DNA of 45,950 nt from Octopus bimaculoides. Taxonomy: Eukaryota. The stretch lies in NCBI RefSeq assembly GCF_001194135.2, contig NC_069001.1, positions 13,720,970 to 13,766,919 of the forward strand. The letters are read 5' to 3'. The translations under genes were made by a program, and so were the position numbers. This document shows positions 25,690 through 36,924 of this stretch, piece after piece. Position 1 is the stretch's first letter, and the number at the start of each line of letters is the position of its first letter. The notes beneath the pieces are model-generated. The model did not search any database and was not told where the DNA came from. It saw only the letters and a program-made list of their open reading frames with translations.

Positions 25690-26035
25690 CTAGGGTTTCG
25701 TTGAAGAAAATGACCCCAGTAACTTATTTAAAATATCGGATCTCCTTTCGGCGAACAGCTACGTTACTGAGACATAAACCAACAACGGTTGTCAAGCGAT
25801 GGGGGAGGGGGAGGAAGGACAAACACAGAATCACCAAACATATATACGAGGGGCTGGGGCTTCCACACAGCTCCTGTCTCCGAAATTCACTCACAAGGCA
25901 AAATGACATTGGTCGGCCTGGAGTTGTAGTAGAAGAAAGACACTTTTCCCCAAGGTGCAGCGCAGTGGAACCGAACTCGAAAGCACGTGATTGCAAAGCG
26001 AGCTTCGTAACTACAAAGCCATGCTTGCTCTGCTA
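25690..26035 (-). mobile_element. SINE family A, diverged copy
   Basis: Tail and head motifs are recognisable in reverse. Confidence 0.7.
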
Positions 26036-26263
26036 GTGGAACGTCTCAAATTTGTCAGAGGACTAATATAATATAAAGACCGAATAAGGCTAAGAAACAC
26101 TGCACTCTTCAAATTACTGAACAGTGAATAGTGATATTTTATACATTATTTTAAATGTTATATTTTACAGATTACGAAGAGATTAGGTGGAGTCTATTTG
26201 CTTGTCGTTGGAGTGAGAGCGGGGTTTAACCAAATAAAGTGTAGTATATATTACGCACACACA

Positions 26264-26400
26264 TACAGTCGTGGAGAAAAGTTTTGAACATAGGTCTGAA
26301 AATTAGAATTTTTATTTATTTAAATGTGCAAAGTTGTATTTAATTTGCAATATATTACTTGGCCAAAAGTTTGGAACGTAAGTTTGAAAATTAGAATTCT
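26264..26400 (+). mobile_element. Tc1-like terminal sequence
   Basis: TA|CAGTCGTGGAGAAAAGTTTTGAAC resembles Tc1-family TIRs, with an internal duplicated AAAAGTT...GAAAATTAGAATT. The partner TIR is not visible. Confidence 0.45.
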
Positions 26401-26431
26401 TGGATTTAATGTCGAAGTATATGTGTTGTGT

Positions 26432-26790
26432 GGAAGCGGTATGGCCTAGTGGTTAGGGCAGAGGACTCGCGGTCGTAGGATCGCGGTTTCGATTCCCAGA
26501 CCGGGCGTTGTGAGTGTTTATTGAGCGAAAACACCTAATGCTCCACGAGGCTCCGACAGGAGGTGGTGGCAAACCCTGCTGTACTGTTTCACCACAACTT
26601 TCTCTCTGTTGTACCTGTATTTCAAAGGGCCAGCCTTGTCACACTCTGTGTCACGCTGAATCTCCCCCGAGAACTACGTTAAGGGTAAACGTGTCTGTGG
26701 AGTGCTCAGCCATTTGCACGTTAATTTCACGAGCAGGCTGTTCCGTTGATCGGATCAACTGGAACCCTCGTCGTCGTAAGCGACGGAAGT
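26432..26790 (+). mobile_element. SINE family C, tRNA-headed
   Basis: A box TGGCCTAGTGG, B box GGTTTCGATTCCC, tail GTGTCTGTGGAGTGCTCAGCC...GTCGTAAGCGACGGA. Confidence 0.9.
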
Positions 26791-27366
26791 TATCCAACTA
26801 TTTCTTTCGCATTCATATATTAACAGTTTAGATCTTAATTATAAAAATATGAAACCATTACTCTATGCTAATTTAGTTAATTGTAAGATAGAAATTCAAA
26901 TGTAATAAAATGTTTAAAAACAAATTTAAAGTGCCTACNNNNNNNNNNNNNNNNNNNNNNNNNNNNNNNNNNNNNNNNNNNNNNNNNNNNNNNNNNNNNN
27001 NNNNNNNNNNNNNNNNNNNNNNNNNNNNNNNNNNNNNNNNNNNNNNNNNNNNNNNNNNNNNNNNNNNNNNNNNNNNNNNNNNNNNNNNNNNNNNNNNNNN
27101 NNNNNNNNNNNNNNNNNNNNNNNNNNNNNNNNNNNNNNNNNNNNNNNNNNNNNNNNNNNNNNNNNNNNNNNNNNNNNNNNNNNNNNNNNNNNNNNNNNNN
27201 NNNNNNNNNNNNNNNNNNNNNNNNNNNNNNNNNNNNNNNNNNNNNNNNNNNNNNNNNNNNNNNNNNNNNNNNNNNNNNNNNNNNNNNNNNNNNNNNNNNN
27301 NNNNNNNNNNNNNNNNNNNNNNNNNNNNNNNNNNNNNNNNNNNNNNNNNNNNNNNNNNNNNNNNNN

Positions 27367-27475
27367 CATAAACAAACGATTCTTCGTTTTATTTGCTTTT
27401 TTCATTTTAAATTTGCTTTAACCCTAACCCTACGGTTAGGGTTAGGGTTAATTGTTTCAGAATCGTTTGTTTATG
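27367..27475. mobile_element. Small inverted-repeat element with a telomere-like internal palindrome
   Basis: 17-bp perfect inverted repeat CATAAACAAACGATTCT (27367-27383 / 27459-27475); inner TTAACCCTAACCCT / AGGGTTAGGGTTAA (27418-27431 / 27438-27451). Confidence 0.6.
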
Positions 27476-27694
27476 TAGTCAGCACTTAATGTATATCGGC
27501 TGAATGGACGTCAGTGATTGGTTGAAATTACAGAAATAGGACAACTTTAACATGGAATAATTTATGGATTTCTTTTTTTTTTTAAGAAGACTAAGAGAAA
27601 AAGATGTTTTATATGACACATTCTACCAGTGATCCAAGTTTCAAAGTGTTTCGTTAATGAAAAATGTGGCCCCCGTTTTAAAAAAGATCCAAAG

Positions 27695-27800
27695 TTTCCA
27701 TCTACCAAATTCAGCCACAGGGCTTTGGTTGGCCTGAGGTTATAGTAGAAGACACTTGCCCAATGTGTCATGCAGTGGGACTGAACCTGGAACCATGTGA
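27695..27800 (-). mobile_element. SINE family A head fragment
   Basis: GTTTCCATCTACCAAATTC...GTGGGACTGAACCTGGAACCATGTG. Confidence 0.85.
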
Positions 27801-28130
27801 CTGGGATCATTCGCTTAAAAAATCCCCACATAGAGCAAATACTACATGAAATGTTTCCCCTCCCAGCTCCAGGTGCCCTCATCCACCCACCACATCTCAT
27901 ATTCCTCCTCCTAACTCTCATCTACACACCCACACTCACATTCTTCCACCTTACATTGGCACTGCAACAAAAGTATAAACAAAAAAAGAATAAAAGAAAA
28001 GCTTTAGTGAAGAAACAGGAGATGATATCAACAAGTTCCTGACTTGTGCAACTTGGGTAAATAAATCAGCAAAAGAACTGAACAGAAAAGAGATAACAGA
28101 AAACAACTAGTAAAACAAATACACAATATA

Positions 28131-28166
<36 letters not shown>

Positions 28167-28190
28167 CAGTCTGTTAAAGTCTGTCATACC

Positions 28191-28234
28191 GGCCATGATG
28201 AAATACCACAAGGTATAGAAAATACGTATTCGCC
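28191..28234 (+). ncRNA. Hammerhead-like motif with a variant core
   Basis: GGC-C(A)TGATGA-A-ATACC-ACAA-GGTAT-A-GAAA-A-TACGTA-TTC-GCC: 5-bp helix II with a tetraloop, palindromic helix III AATACGTATT, UUC triplet and 3-bp helix I. The core deviates from CUGANGA by one base. Confidence 0.5.
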
Positions 28235-28484
28235 TTTATATATTTAATCCTTTATATTGAACACTCAATATTTCATCTATTCAATAAGACATATTCCATA
28301 TATTCAATAAGACATATTCCATATATTCAATAAGACATTCAATACTTTATTTCATAGTACCATCCATTTTTATTTTATATTATATATTGTATATTATATT
28401 ACATATTGTATATTCCATATTCTATATCCCACATTGGTTTTGCAGGAATATAAATAAAACATAAAAAACAGACAGTGTTGGAAC
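28230..28484 (+). repeat. AT-rich element downstream of the hammerhead-like motif, with an internal 23-bp tandem triplication
   Basis: Homologous to 24826-25048 in inverted orientation. TATTCAATAAGACATATTCCATA occurs about 2.6 times here and is absent from the other copy. Confidence 0.85.
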
Positions 28485-29009
28485 TCTTTTAAACAAAATA
28501 ATATATTCCTCTATACACAATCATACAAAACCCCTTTTTTTGTATTTATTTTTACTCGCATATATATATCACACACACAAACGCGTATATATTCATATGT
28601 ATATAAATACACACACATACATACATGTGTTTTATTTATACACACACACACACATGCTGGAATCTCAAAACAGCATGTAACCGCAGACACTGCTATTGTA
28701 TCTGATTATATTGAATATACAACTGGTGCAACAAACAAGATTGGGAAACTCACATGCAACAAGTAAACATTACAAAACATCAGAAATCTTCTTCTTCATC
28801 ATCATCGTCTTCCTCCTCCCATTCCTCATCCTCTTAGAAACATAGCCTCAAGTGGTTTTTATCGAAAAGTTTATTTTAATCGTCCAAGCAGAATCATAAA
28901 CACTGAGACACTAGAACAGCAAAAGCCTCGTCCTTGAAGTACTAATGTACTTGCTACAGACATGAGCAAATACTGGTATTTGCTTCTGCCAGCACAGTGG
29001 TTTGACAGA

Positions 29010-30000
29010 ATGGTAGTGTGGCAGGACAAATTGACAGTGAACTGTCAATATTGACAGTAGCAGGACAAAGTGATAGCAGATGGACAGAATTGATAGTGGC
29101 AGCACAAATTGACAAAATTAGTAGAGTGGTGAGACCAAATAACAGTGGAATGACAGAAGTGAAACAAAGTGACAGAAGTGAAACAAAGTGACAGAAGTGA
29201 AATGGAGTGACAGACGTGGTAGGACAAATTGACAGTGAACTGTCAATATTGACAGTAGCAGGACAAAGTGACAGCAGATGGACAGAATTGATAGTGGCAG
29301 CACAAATTGACAAAATTAGTACGGTGGTGAAACCAAATAACAGTGGAATGACAGAAGTGAAACGGAGTGACAGAAGTGAAATGGAGTGACAGACGTGGTA
29401 GGACAAATTGACAGTGAACTGTCAATATTGACAGTAGCAGGACANNNNNNNNNNNNNNNNNNNNNNNNNNNNNNNNNNNNNNNNNNNNNNNNNNNNNNNN
29501 NNNNNNNNNNNNNNNNNNNNNNNNNNNNNNNNNNNNNNNNNNNNNNNNNNNNNNNNNNNNNNNNNNNNNNNNNNNNNNNNNNNNNNNNNNNNNNNNNNNN
29601 NNNNNNNNNNNNNNNNNNNNNNNNNNNNNNNNNNNNNNNNNNNNNNNNNNNNNNNNNNNNNNNNNNNNNNNNNNNNNNNNNNNNNNNNNNNNNNNNNNNN
29701 NNNNNNNNNNNNNNNNNNNNNNNNNNNNNNNNNNNNNNNNNNNNNNNNNAAGTGACAGAAGTGAAATGGAGTGACAGACGTGGTAGGACAAATTGACAGT
29801 GAACTGTCAATATTGACAGTAGCAGGACAAAGTGACAGCAGATGGACAGAATTGATAGTGGCAGTGCAAATTGACAAAATTAGTAGAGTGGTGAGACCAA
29901 ATAACAGTGGAATGACAGAAGTGAAACAAAGTGGCAGTGGAGTGACTGAAGTGGTAGCATGGTAGGACAAATTGATAGTGGAATGATAGAAATGGTAGAA
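29010..30000. repeat. Minisatellite of 179-198-bp units, each containing an 18-bp palindrome; gap 29445-29749
   Basis: GGACAAATTGACAGTGAACTGTC starts at 29024, 29222, 29401 and 29786. Confidence 0.95.
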
Positions 30001-30014
30001 CAGTAGAAAATATG

Positions 30015-30255
30015 TGGCTGAGCACTCCACAGACACATGTACCTTTAATGTAGTTCTCAGAGAGATTCAGCATGACACAGAGCATGACAAGGTTGGCCCT
30101 TTGAAGTATAGGTACTACTCGTTTTTGTCAGCTGAGTGGACTGGAGCAACGTGAAATAAAGTGTCTTGTTCGAGGAGAGAACACATCGCCGGGAATTGAA
30201 CTCATGACCTTATGATCAGGAGTCGATTGCCCCAACCACTAAGCTACATGCTTTT
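30015..30255 (-). mobile_element. SINE family D copy
   Basis: Homologous to 3445-3755. Confidence 0.8.
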
Positions 30256-30261
30256 ACAGGA

Positions 30262-30642
30262 AGAAATTGTTGTGGTTGGCACTCCGTCGCTTACGACATC
30301 GTGGGTCCCAGTTGATCCGATCAACGGAACAGCATGCTCGTGAAATTAACGTGCAAGTGGCTGAGCACTCCACAGACACGTGTACCCTTAGCATAGTTCT
30401 CAGGGGATATTCAGCGTGACACAGTGTGACAAGGCTGACCCTTTGAATTACAGGCACAACAGAAACAGGAAGTAAGAGCGAGAGAAAGTTGTGGTGAAAG
30501 AGTACAGCAGGGTTTGCCAGCATCCCCTGCCGGTGCCTCGTGGAGCTTTAGGTGTCTTCGCTCAATAAACACTCACAACGCCCGGTCTGGGAATCGAAAC
30601 CGCGAGTCCACTGCCCTAATCACTGGGCCATTGCGCCTCCAC
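30262..30642 (-). mobile_element. SINE family C copy
   Basis: Homologous to 23335-23665 and the reverse of 26432-26790. Confidence 0.9.
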
Positions 30643-31835
30643 AGGAAGAAATATATATGCCAGAAAAACCAAAAAAAAACCGACTCTATGCTCCTTACAG
30701 AGTAATGTGGACTAACCAATAGTTCAACCATATTCTGTGCCCCTGGTCAAAAGCTCACCAATATTGCATTCTGTAGCAAGGCAGAGACACTGCAAAATTC
30801 AACTTCCTTCCTGTATGTACTTCATGCCTAAACCCACCCCATCACATCTCTCCTCTCTCCCAGCAAGGTAATCCTGCAATACTCATGTTAATACCTGACT
30901 GAAATACTTCATTTCACTTAATAAAATTGCTTTTCACAGCAAGATATAAAGGCCACAGTCTCTTCCTGTGTCTCCTCCTCGAATAAAATAGTGTCTTGAG
31001 GACTCATCATGACTATTTAAGAGATCTTTATATAAATTATTATTACACTATTAATAGTGAAGTGACAAATAGTACGAGAGTGAGAAAGTGGGGATGACAA
31101 ATTTTAGTTGTGTCAGCTAAGTAGTACAACAGGATGTCCACACTAGCTCACAAATATACGCATATTCTGAGAGTGTATATGTAAGCAGTGTCAGCACACA
31201 GGTGACAGAACGTGTGAGTGTCTATGTGCGTGGAAGGAAGTGCAGAAGATGCAGGTGGGGGAGAAGGTATGGAGGAGAAAGAGAATATCAAAAGCCAGGA
31301 ACATGAGAAAGATTACATTAAAAAGAAAGGAAGAATAAGATGGAGAGAGAGAGAGAGAGACTGACACAGACACACAATGACATAGACAGAGAAATAGAAA
31401 ATGAGAGAGAGAGAGAAGGAACGAAATGCAAATGCACACACAGACAATGACAAGAAAGAGAGAGTGACAGAAAGAAATAGAGAGATAGAGAATCACACAC
31501 ATACACAGAAAAAAAAGAAAAAAAAAACACACCTCGTTACTAGTTTAGTTATCATCAAGATGGTAAGAGTAGTAACAACATACAAACAAACAAAAAAAAA
31601 ATGGTGGTGCTTACAGAATTTTTAGTTTATGTCCCTTTGTGTTTGGTAGAAGTAAAAATTCTATTTCTCAGAGATCAATCAATACTTGGCTTTTTATTCT
31701 TGCAGAGGTTGATAAAATTAAGTACCCGTAATAAACTGAGTCAATTTAATTTGGAAATGCAGAATCATGTGCCTAAGTTAAAAAATCAATATCCTAAACG
31801 CAGCCACACATACATACATACGTACATACATACAT

Positions 31836-32215
31836 AGGCGCAGGCATGGCTGTGTGGTAAGAAGCTTGCTTCCCAACACATGATTCCAGGTTCAGTCCCA
31901 CTGTGTGACACCTTCGGCAAGTGTGTTCTACTATAGCCTCAGGCCAACCAAAGTCGTGTGAGAAACTGAAAGAAGCCCATCATGTATGTGCATATATATA
32001 TGTGTGTGTGTGTGTCTTGCACCACAGCTTCACAACTAGTGTTGGTGTGTTTACATCCCTGTAACTTAGCAATCTGGTGCAAAAGAGACCAATAAATATG
32101 TATCAAATTTAAAAAGAAAATAACTACTAGGATTAATTAATTCACCTAAAATTCCTCAAGGTGGCAGCACAGTATGGCTCCAGCAATAGTAGTTTGGTTA
32201 CCAAGTAAATCATAA
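31836..32215 (+). mobile_element. SINE family A copy
   Basis: AGGCGCAGGCATGGCTGTGTGGTAAGAAGC head, microsatellite and diverged tail. Confidence 0.85.
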
Positions 32216-32640
32216 GACAAGACACCTCTTCATCAAAGGTGGAGGGTAACCAGTATTGAGGGAGGTGGTTTTATGCAGGTGATGAGAGGTTAGAATATGA
32301 ATAGAGGGACAGAAACAGGTGTCTTGCTGTAGGGGAGATATGTGGTTACCCCAGTTGGACGAGAAGAAGAATGGTGGTGAAAATGCATTAGGACTTACCC
32401 TCAAGTTGTAACTTCCTCTATGAAGGTAAATAAATGAGAAGTGTATGGCTGGGTACAAGAAGTGGTATGGGTGGGTAAGTAAGTTCAAGGAAATGTGATA
32501 GAGAGAGAGAGAGAGAAAGGCTAGTGACAGATGGATACAGAGAAATGCAGCAACTGATAAACAGGGGTGGAGGTATGGTCAATCGTAAGTATCAAAAAAC
32601 AAGCAATTCCATGTCATGGAAAGTAATTAATTTTACAATA

Positions 32641-32875
32641 TAACAAATGCTTCAAAACATCACAGAACTCTTGAACGATGTTCTGGCCCTGAAGGATGAA
32701 TTTTTGATGTACAACACCACATTTCTCGGGGGTGCCCCCTCATCGTCTTCCAGTGACGTTCTTCCGATTTTGAAATGCCCATGCCACTCGAAACATTGCA
32801 TATGACCCATTGCGTCATTGCTGTAAGCTTCCCGAAGAATGCTTGATATCACATTGGCTCTTTGTTCCTGCCCAT
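32641..32875 (-). mobile_element. Internally deleted mariner transposase relic
   Basis: Minus strand gives QEQRANV / ILREAYSNDAMGHMQCFEWHGHFKIGRTSLEDDEG (mariner N-terminal HTH: AY-D-AM-FEWH-FK-G-SLEDD), then in a shifted frame GVVHQKFILQGQNIVQEFCDVLKHL (resembles the catalytic-domain G-VH-EF-P-GQT-EFY-VL-RL segment). Confidence 0.85.
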
Positions 32876-32963
32876 GACAAAATCACAGACTACAGCACAA
32901 ACATGATTACAAAAACAAAAATTTCACAACTTGGCAAGTAAGACACACAGACACACAAATGCA

Positions 32964-33001
<38 letters not shown>

Positions 33002-33003
<2 letters not shown>

Positions 33004-33155
33004 ACAGGCTTCTTTCAGTTTCCGTCTGCCAAATCCACTCACAAGGCTTTGGTTGGCCCAAGGCTATAGTAGAAGACACTTTGCCCAAGGTGCCACGCAG
33101 TAGAACTGCATAGAACTGAACCCGGAACCATGCGGTTGGTAAGCAAGCTACTTAA
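33002..33155 (-). mobile_element. SINE family A head module
   Basis: CGACAGGCTTCTTTCAGTTTCCGTC...CCCGGAACCATGCGGTTGGTAAGCAAGCTAC. Confidence 0.9.
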
Positions 33156-33589
33156 GATTCTGTTCCGGCTCTATTTCGAGTTCAAACCCTGTTGAGGTCA
33201 AAATTCGCCTTTCATCATTTCCACAAGTGGGGGAAGAGAAGATCAACTAAAGTACCAGTCAAGTACTTTGGTTGGATCCATAATAATAATCGACCATAGA
33301 CACCCCTTCCTCCACACACACTTCTTTCTACCCTAACCCCAAATTTCAGGGCCTTGTGCCATCTATGCTAGAAAAACAATTATTATTCCAACTCAAAAGG
33401 ATAAAAGATAGGAATGAATAAAATATAAAGGTAAAGGGGGGGGGTGACATATTGTTATTCTCTATTATTAATACGACTACTACTACTACTACTACTATTA
33501 ATATTATTATTGTTATTAAATTCACTTGTCAAGTAGCAGTCAGAACAGGAACGGTGAAGAGGAGAGAGAGGGAATAGCGGAGGAGGGGT

Positions 33590-33705
33590 GTCATTGGTGG
33601 TGATGGTGGTGGTGACGTCGGAATGAAGTGGAGGAGGAGGGGGAAGAGATTTGCGCGGCGACGGGGGAGGGGGGCCAATGTTTACTATTTATAAAATGAC
33701 CAATG
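33590..33705. promoter_or_regulatory. Promoter/enhancer-like motif cluster
   Basis: ATTGG 33593-33597, TGACGTCG 33613-33620, G-rich GGGGGAGGGGGG from 33663, CCAAT 33675 and 33700, TGTTTAC 33679-33685, CTATTTATAA 33685-33694. Locally CpG-rich, non-repeat sequence. Confidence 0.45.
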
Positions 33706-33991
33706 GCATAAGAGGACTCGATTTAAACAATAACAACGGTAGCAATAGCAGCGACTACGACGATGACGATGACAACAACAACAACAAAACAGCGGCAGTT
33801 TACATCGAGCGAACAATAACAAGTACATAACAACTAGGTCAGCTCTCACTCACCCTCACACAGAGAGGGGGAGACAGGGAGACAGAGAGAGAAAGATACT
33901 TTAGTTTACACTCCAAGAATGTATGCATAATCTACTTATGGCATTCTGAGTTACTCAACAGAGGAAATGGCGTACGCATATATATATATAT

Positions 33992-34069
<78 letters not shown>

Positions 34070-34520
34070 CTATGTATATATTTGTAAAATCAAGAAGAAA
34101 AATGGTAATAATGTCTCAACTTCAAAAAGTTGAACTTACTGACAAGCATTGAGGACTTTTTTATTCTATTATATATACATATATGTAAGTATTTATGTAT
34201 GTACTACACACGCGCGCGTGCCTGTACGGACAGACAGACAGACAGACAGACAGGCAGATAGATAGATAATATAGACCTACAATATACCTAGCTAGCTAGC
34301 TAGCTGTCTACATACATACATATGCAAATGCACACACATCCAAAACAGCTTTCTACACTGATTGCGGCAACCAAATCCACTCTTGGGGCATTAGTCGACT
34401 TGGGACCAAGGCAAAAGACACTTGCGCAAGGTATCATAGAGACAGAGTGGGACTGAAAGAGAATCTCCAAGACTCCAAAGTAAACTTAAAAACACAACCA
34501 TACCTTAAACGATACATCAA

Positions 34521-34559
<39 letters not shown>

Positions 34560-35010
34560 GGAGTAAGCACATAAAATGTGCAACAAGGTGGAAAAAAGAA
34601 TACTCAAATACCAGAGGTAGAGTAATATGCTTTATTTAAAAGCAGCAGAAATANNNNNNNNNNNNNNNNNNNNNNNNNNNNNNNNNNNNNNNNNNNNNNN
34701 NNNNNNNNNNNNNNNNNNNNNNNNNNNNNNNNNNNNNNNNNNNNNNNNNNNNNNNNNNNNNNNNNNNNNNNNNNNNNNNNNNNNNNNNNNNNNNNNNNNN
34801 NNNNNNNNNNNNNNNNNNNNNNNNNNNNNNNNNNNNNNNNNNNNNNNNNNNNNNNNNNNNNNNNNNNNNNNNNNNNNNNNNNNNNNNNNNNNNNNNNNNN
34901 NNNNNNNNNNNNNNNNNNNNNNNNNNNNNNNNNNNNNNNNNNNNNNNNNNNNNNNNNNNNNNNNNNNNNNNNNNNNNNNNNNNNNNNNNNNNNATATATA
35001 TATATATATA

Positions 35011-35405
35011 TAGGCGTGGCTGTATGATAAGAAGTTTACTTCCCAACCACATGGTTCTGGGTTCAGTCCCACTGCATGGCATCATGAACAAGTGTCTTCT
35101 ACTATAGCCTTGAGGTAACCCAAAGCCTTGTGAGTGAATTTGGTAGACAGAAACTGAAAGAAGCCCATCATATATGTATGTGTGTGCGTATCTTTATGTC
35201 TGTGCTTGTCCAACACCACCGATTGACAACTTGTGTTGGTGTGTTTACATCTCTGTAACTTAGCAGAGCGGCAAAAGAAACCAATGGAATTAGTATCAGG
35301 CTTTTAAAAAAAACCAAGCATGGGGTTGATTCAACTAAAATTCTCCCCCAAGTGGCGCCCCAGCCTGGCCACAGTCTGATGACTAAAACAAGTAAATGGT
35401 AGAAG
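35011..35405 (+). mobile_element. SINE family A copy
   Basis: Head and tail homology to 18318-18740. Confidence 0.85.
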
Positions 35406-35472
35406 ATATAATATCTATTTGTCAGCCTTATTCCTTTTCGATTTTGACAGGCCCCCACCACCTCATCTAGGG

Positions 35473-35769
35473 CAGGGGTTTTCAAACTGTGATCCGCGGA
35501 CCACAGGGGTCCGCAAGGACAAGACAGGGGGTCCGTGGACAGCAAATACTTTTAATGGGCAATTTGATTTTATATATGTTTTTTAATCGAAATCTTTTAA
35601 TTGACAATAAACCTATTTTGTTAAATACTGTTAAATAAATAAATGTAAAAATATATGTTATTTTAAGTAAATATTTATGTATAAATTTCATAAACGTTTA
35701 TAAGGGGGTCCCTAAGGTAAAGCCTGAAATATAAAGGGGTCCGCAAGTCAAAAAGTTTGAAAACCCCTG
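35473..35769. mobile_element. hAT (Charlie-like) MITE, 297 bp
   Basis: Perfect 16-bp TIR CAGGGGTTTTCAAACT / AGTTTGAAAACCCCTG; 8-bp TSD ATCTAGGG / ATCTAAGG (7 of 8 match). Confidence 0.92.
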
Positions 35770-35924
35770 ATCTAAGGGACCACACTGTTTAATTAATCTC
35801 ATTGCAAATAAATTTATTGAACCTCTGCCCCAAAAGTTGCAGGCACAGCCCTTCATGAAATCTAATTTACCCTAGTTTCAAGTAAGTACTTGGGCCCCAA
35901 ACCTATTGTTAGCCTGGAGACTTA

Positions 35925-36424
35925 TTTTTTTTTACTTGTTTCAGTCACTGGACTACAGCCATGCTGGAGCACCACATTGAAGAATTTAAACAACTAAATC
36001 AATCCCAGGGACTAGGTTTCAACCTGGTAACTTATTTTATCGTTCTTTTTTGCTGAACTTCCAAGTTACGGGGACATAAACAAACCCAATATCAATTGGC
36101 AAACATTAGGCGGCAGAGGGTAGAAAAACAAAGACAAGCAAACTCATACCATCATCATCATTTTTACATCCATTTGCCATGCTGGCATGGGTTGGATGGT
36201 TTGACTGAAAACACACATCTGCCTGCTCTTTTTGAAACACAGGGGTATAATCCACCCAATGAGCTGCTATACAGTCTCTGTCTGTCCAATTTAACTCACA
36301 AGGTATGGGTTTGACCCGAGGCTAGAGAAAAGGGCATTTGACCGAGATGCCATACATTGGAATCAAACCCCAGGACACAGGATCTTCTGCTTTTAAAACA
36401 AGTTTCTTAGCCATTCCACTTTTC

Positions 36425-36458
<34 letters not shown>

Positions 36459-36661
36459 AATAGATTTTTTATCTTGTTTTAGTCATTTGACTGAGGCCAT
36501 GCTGGGGCACCACCTCAAAGAGTTTTAGCGAAAGAAATTGACCTTAGGACTTTTTTTAAAGCCCAGTACTTATTCTATTGAACCCTTTTCCCAAACTGCT
36601 AAGTTACGGGGTCACAAACACCAGTTGTCAAGCAGCGGTGGGTGACCAACAGAGACACTAA

Positions 36662-36711
<50 letters not shown>

Positions 36712-36840
36712 ATGGGTTTCTTTCAGCTTCTGTCTACCAAATCCACTCACAAGGCTTTGATTGACCCAAGGTTTGACAATTGCCCAAAGTGCCATGCAGT
36801 GGACTGAACCTGGACCCATGTGTTTGAGAAGAAAGCTACA
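35925..36840 (-). mobile_element. Two SINE family A copies (35925-36120 tail; 36470-36840 full) with fragments between
   Basis: Reverse homology to 18318-18740. Confidence 0.8.
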
Positions 36841-36924
36841 TGCATGTATATATGGTCAGTACCTAGCACAGCCGTAGTACCATGACTTTAACAAGTAAAA
36901 GACATACATACATATATATATATA

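Noticed and set aside
26432-26500. tRNA gene
   Set aside because: It has A and B boxes but no acceptor stem or terminator and continues into SINE body sequence shared with other copies.
29010-30000. Regularly spaced palindromes suggestive of a CRISPR array
   Set aside because: The intervening sequences are repeated rather than unique spacers, no cas genes are present and the context is eukaryotic.
575-34612. 13-mer GGTATTTGAGTAT (575-587) inverted at 34600-34612
   Set aside because: It may indicate related repeat families, but it is too short and the second site runs into a gap, so the link cannot be supported.
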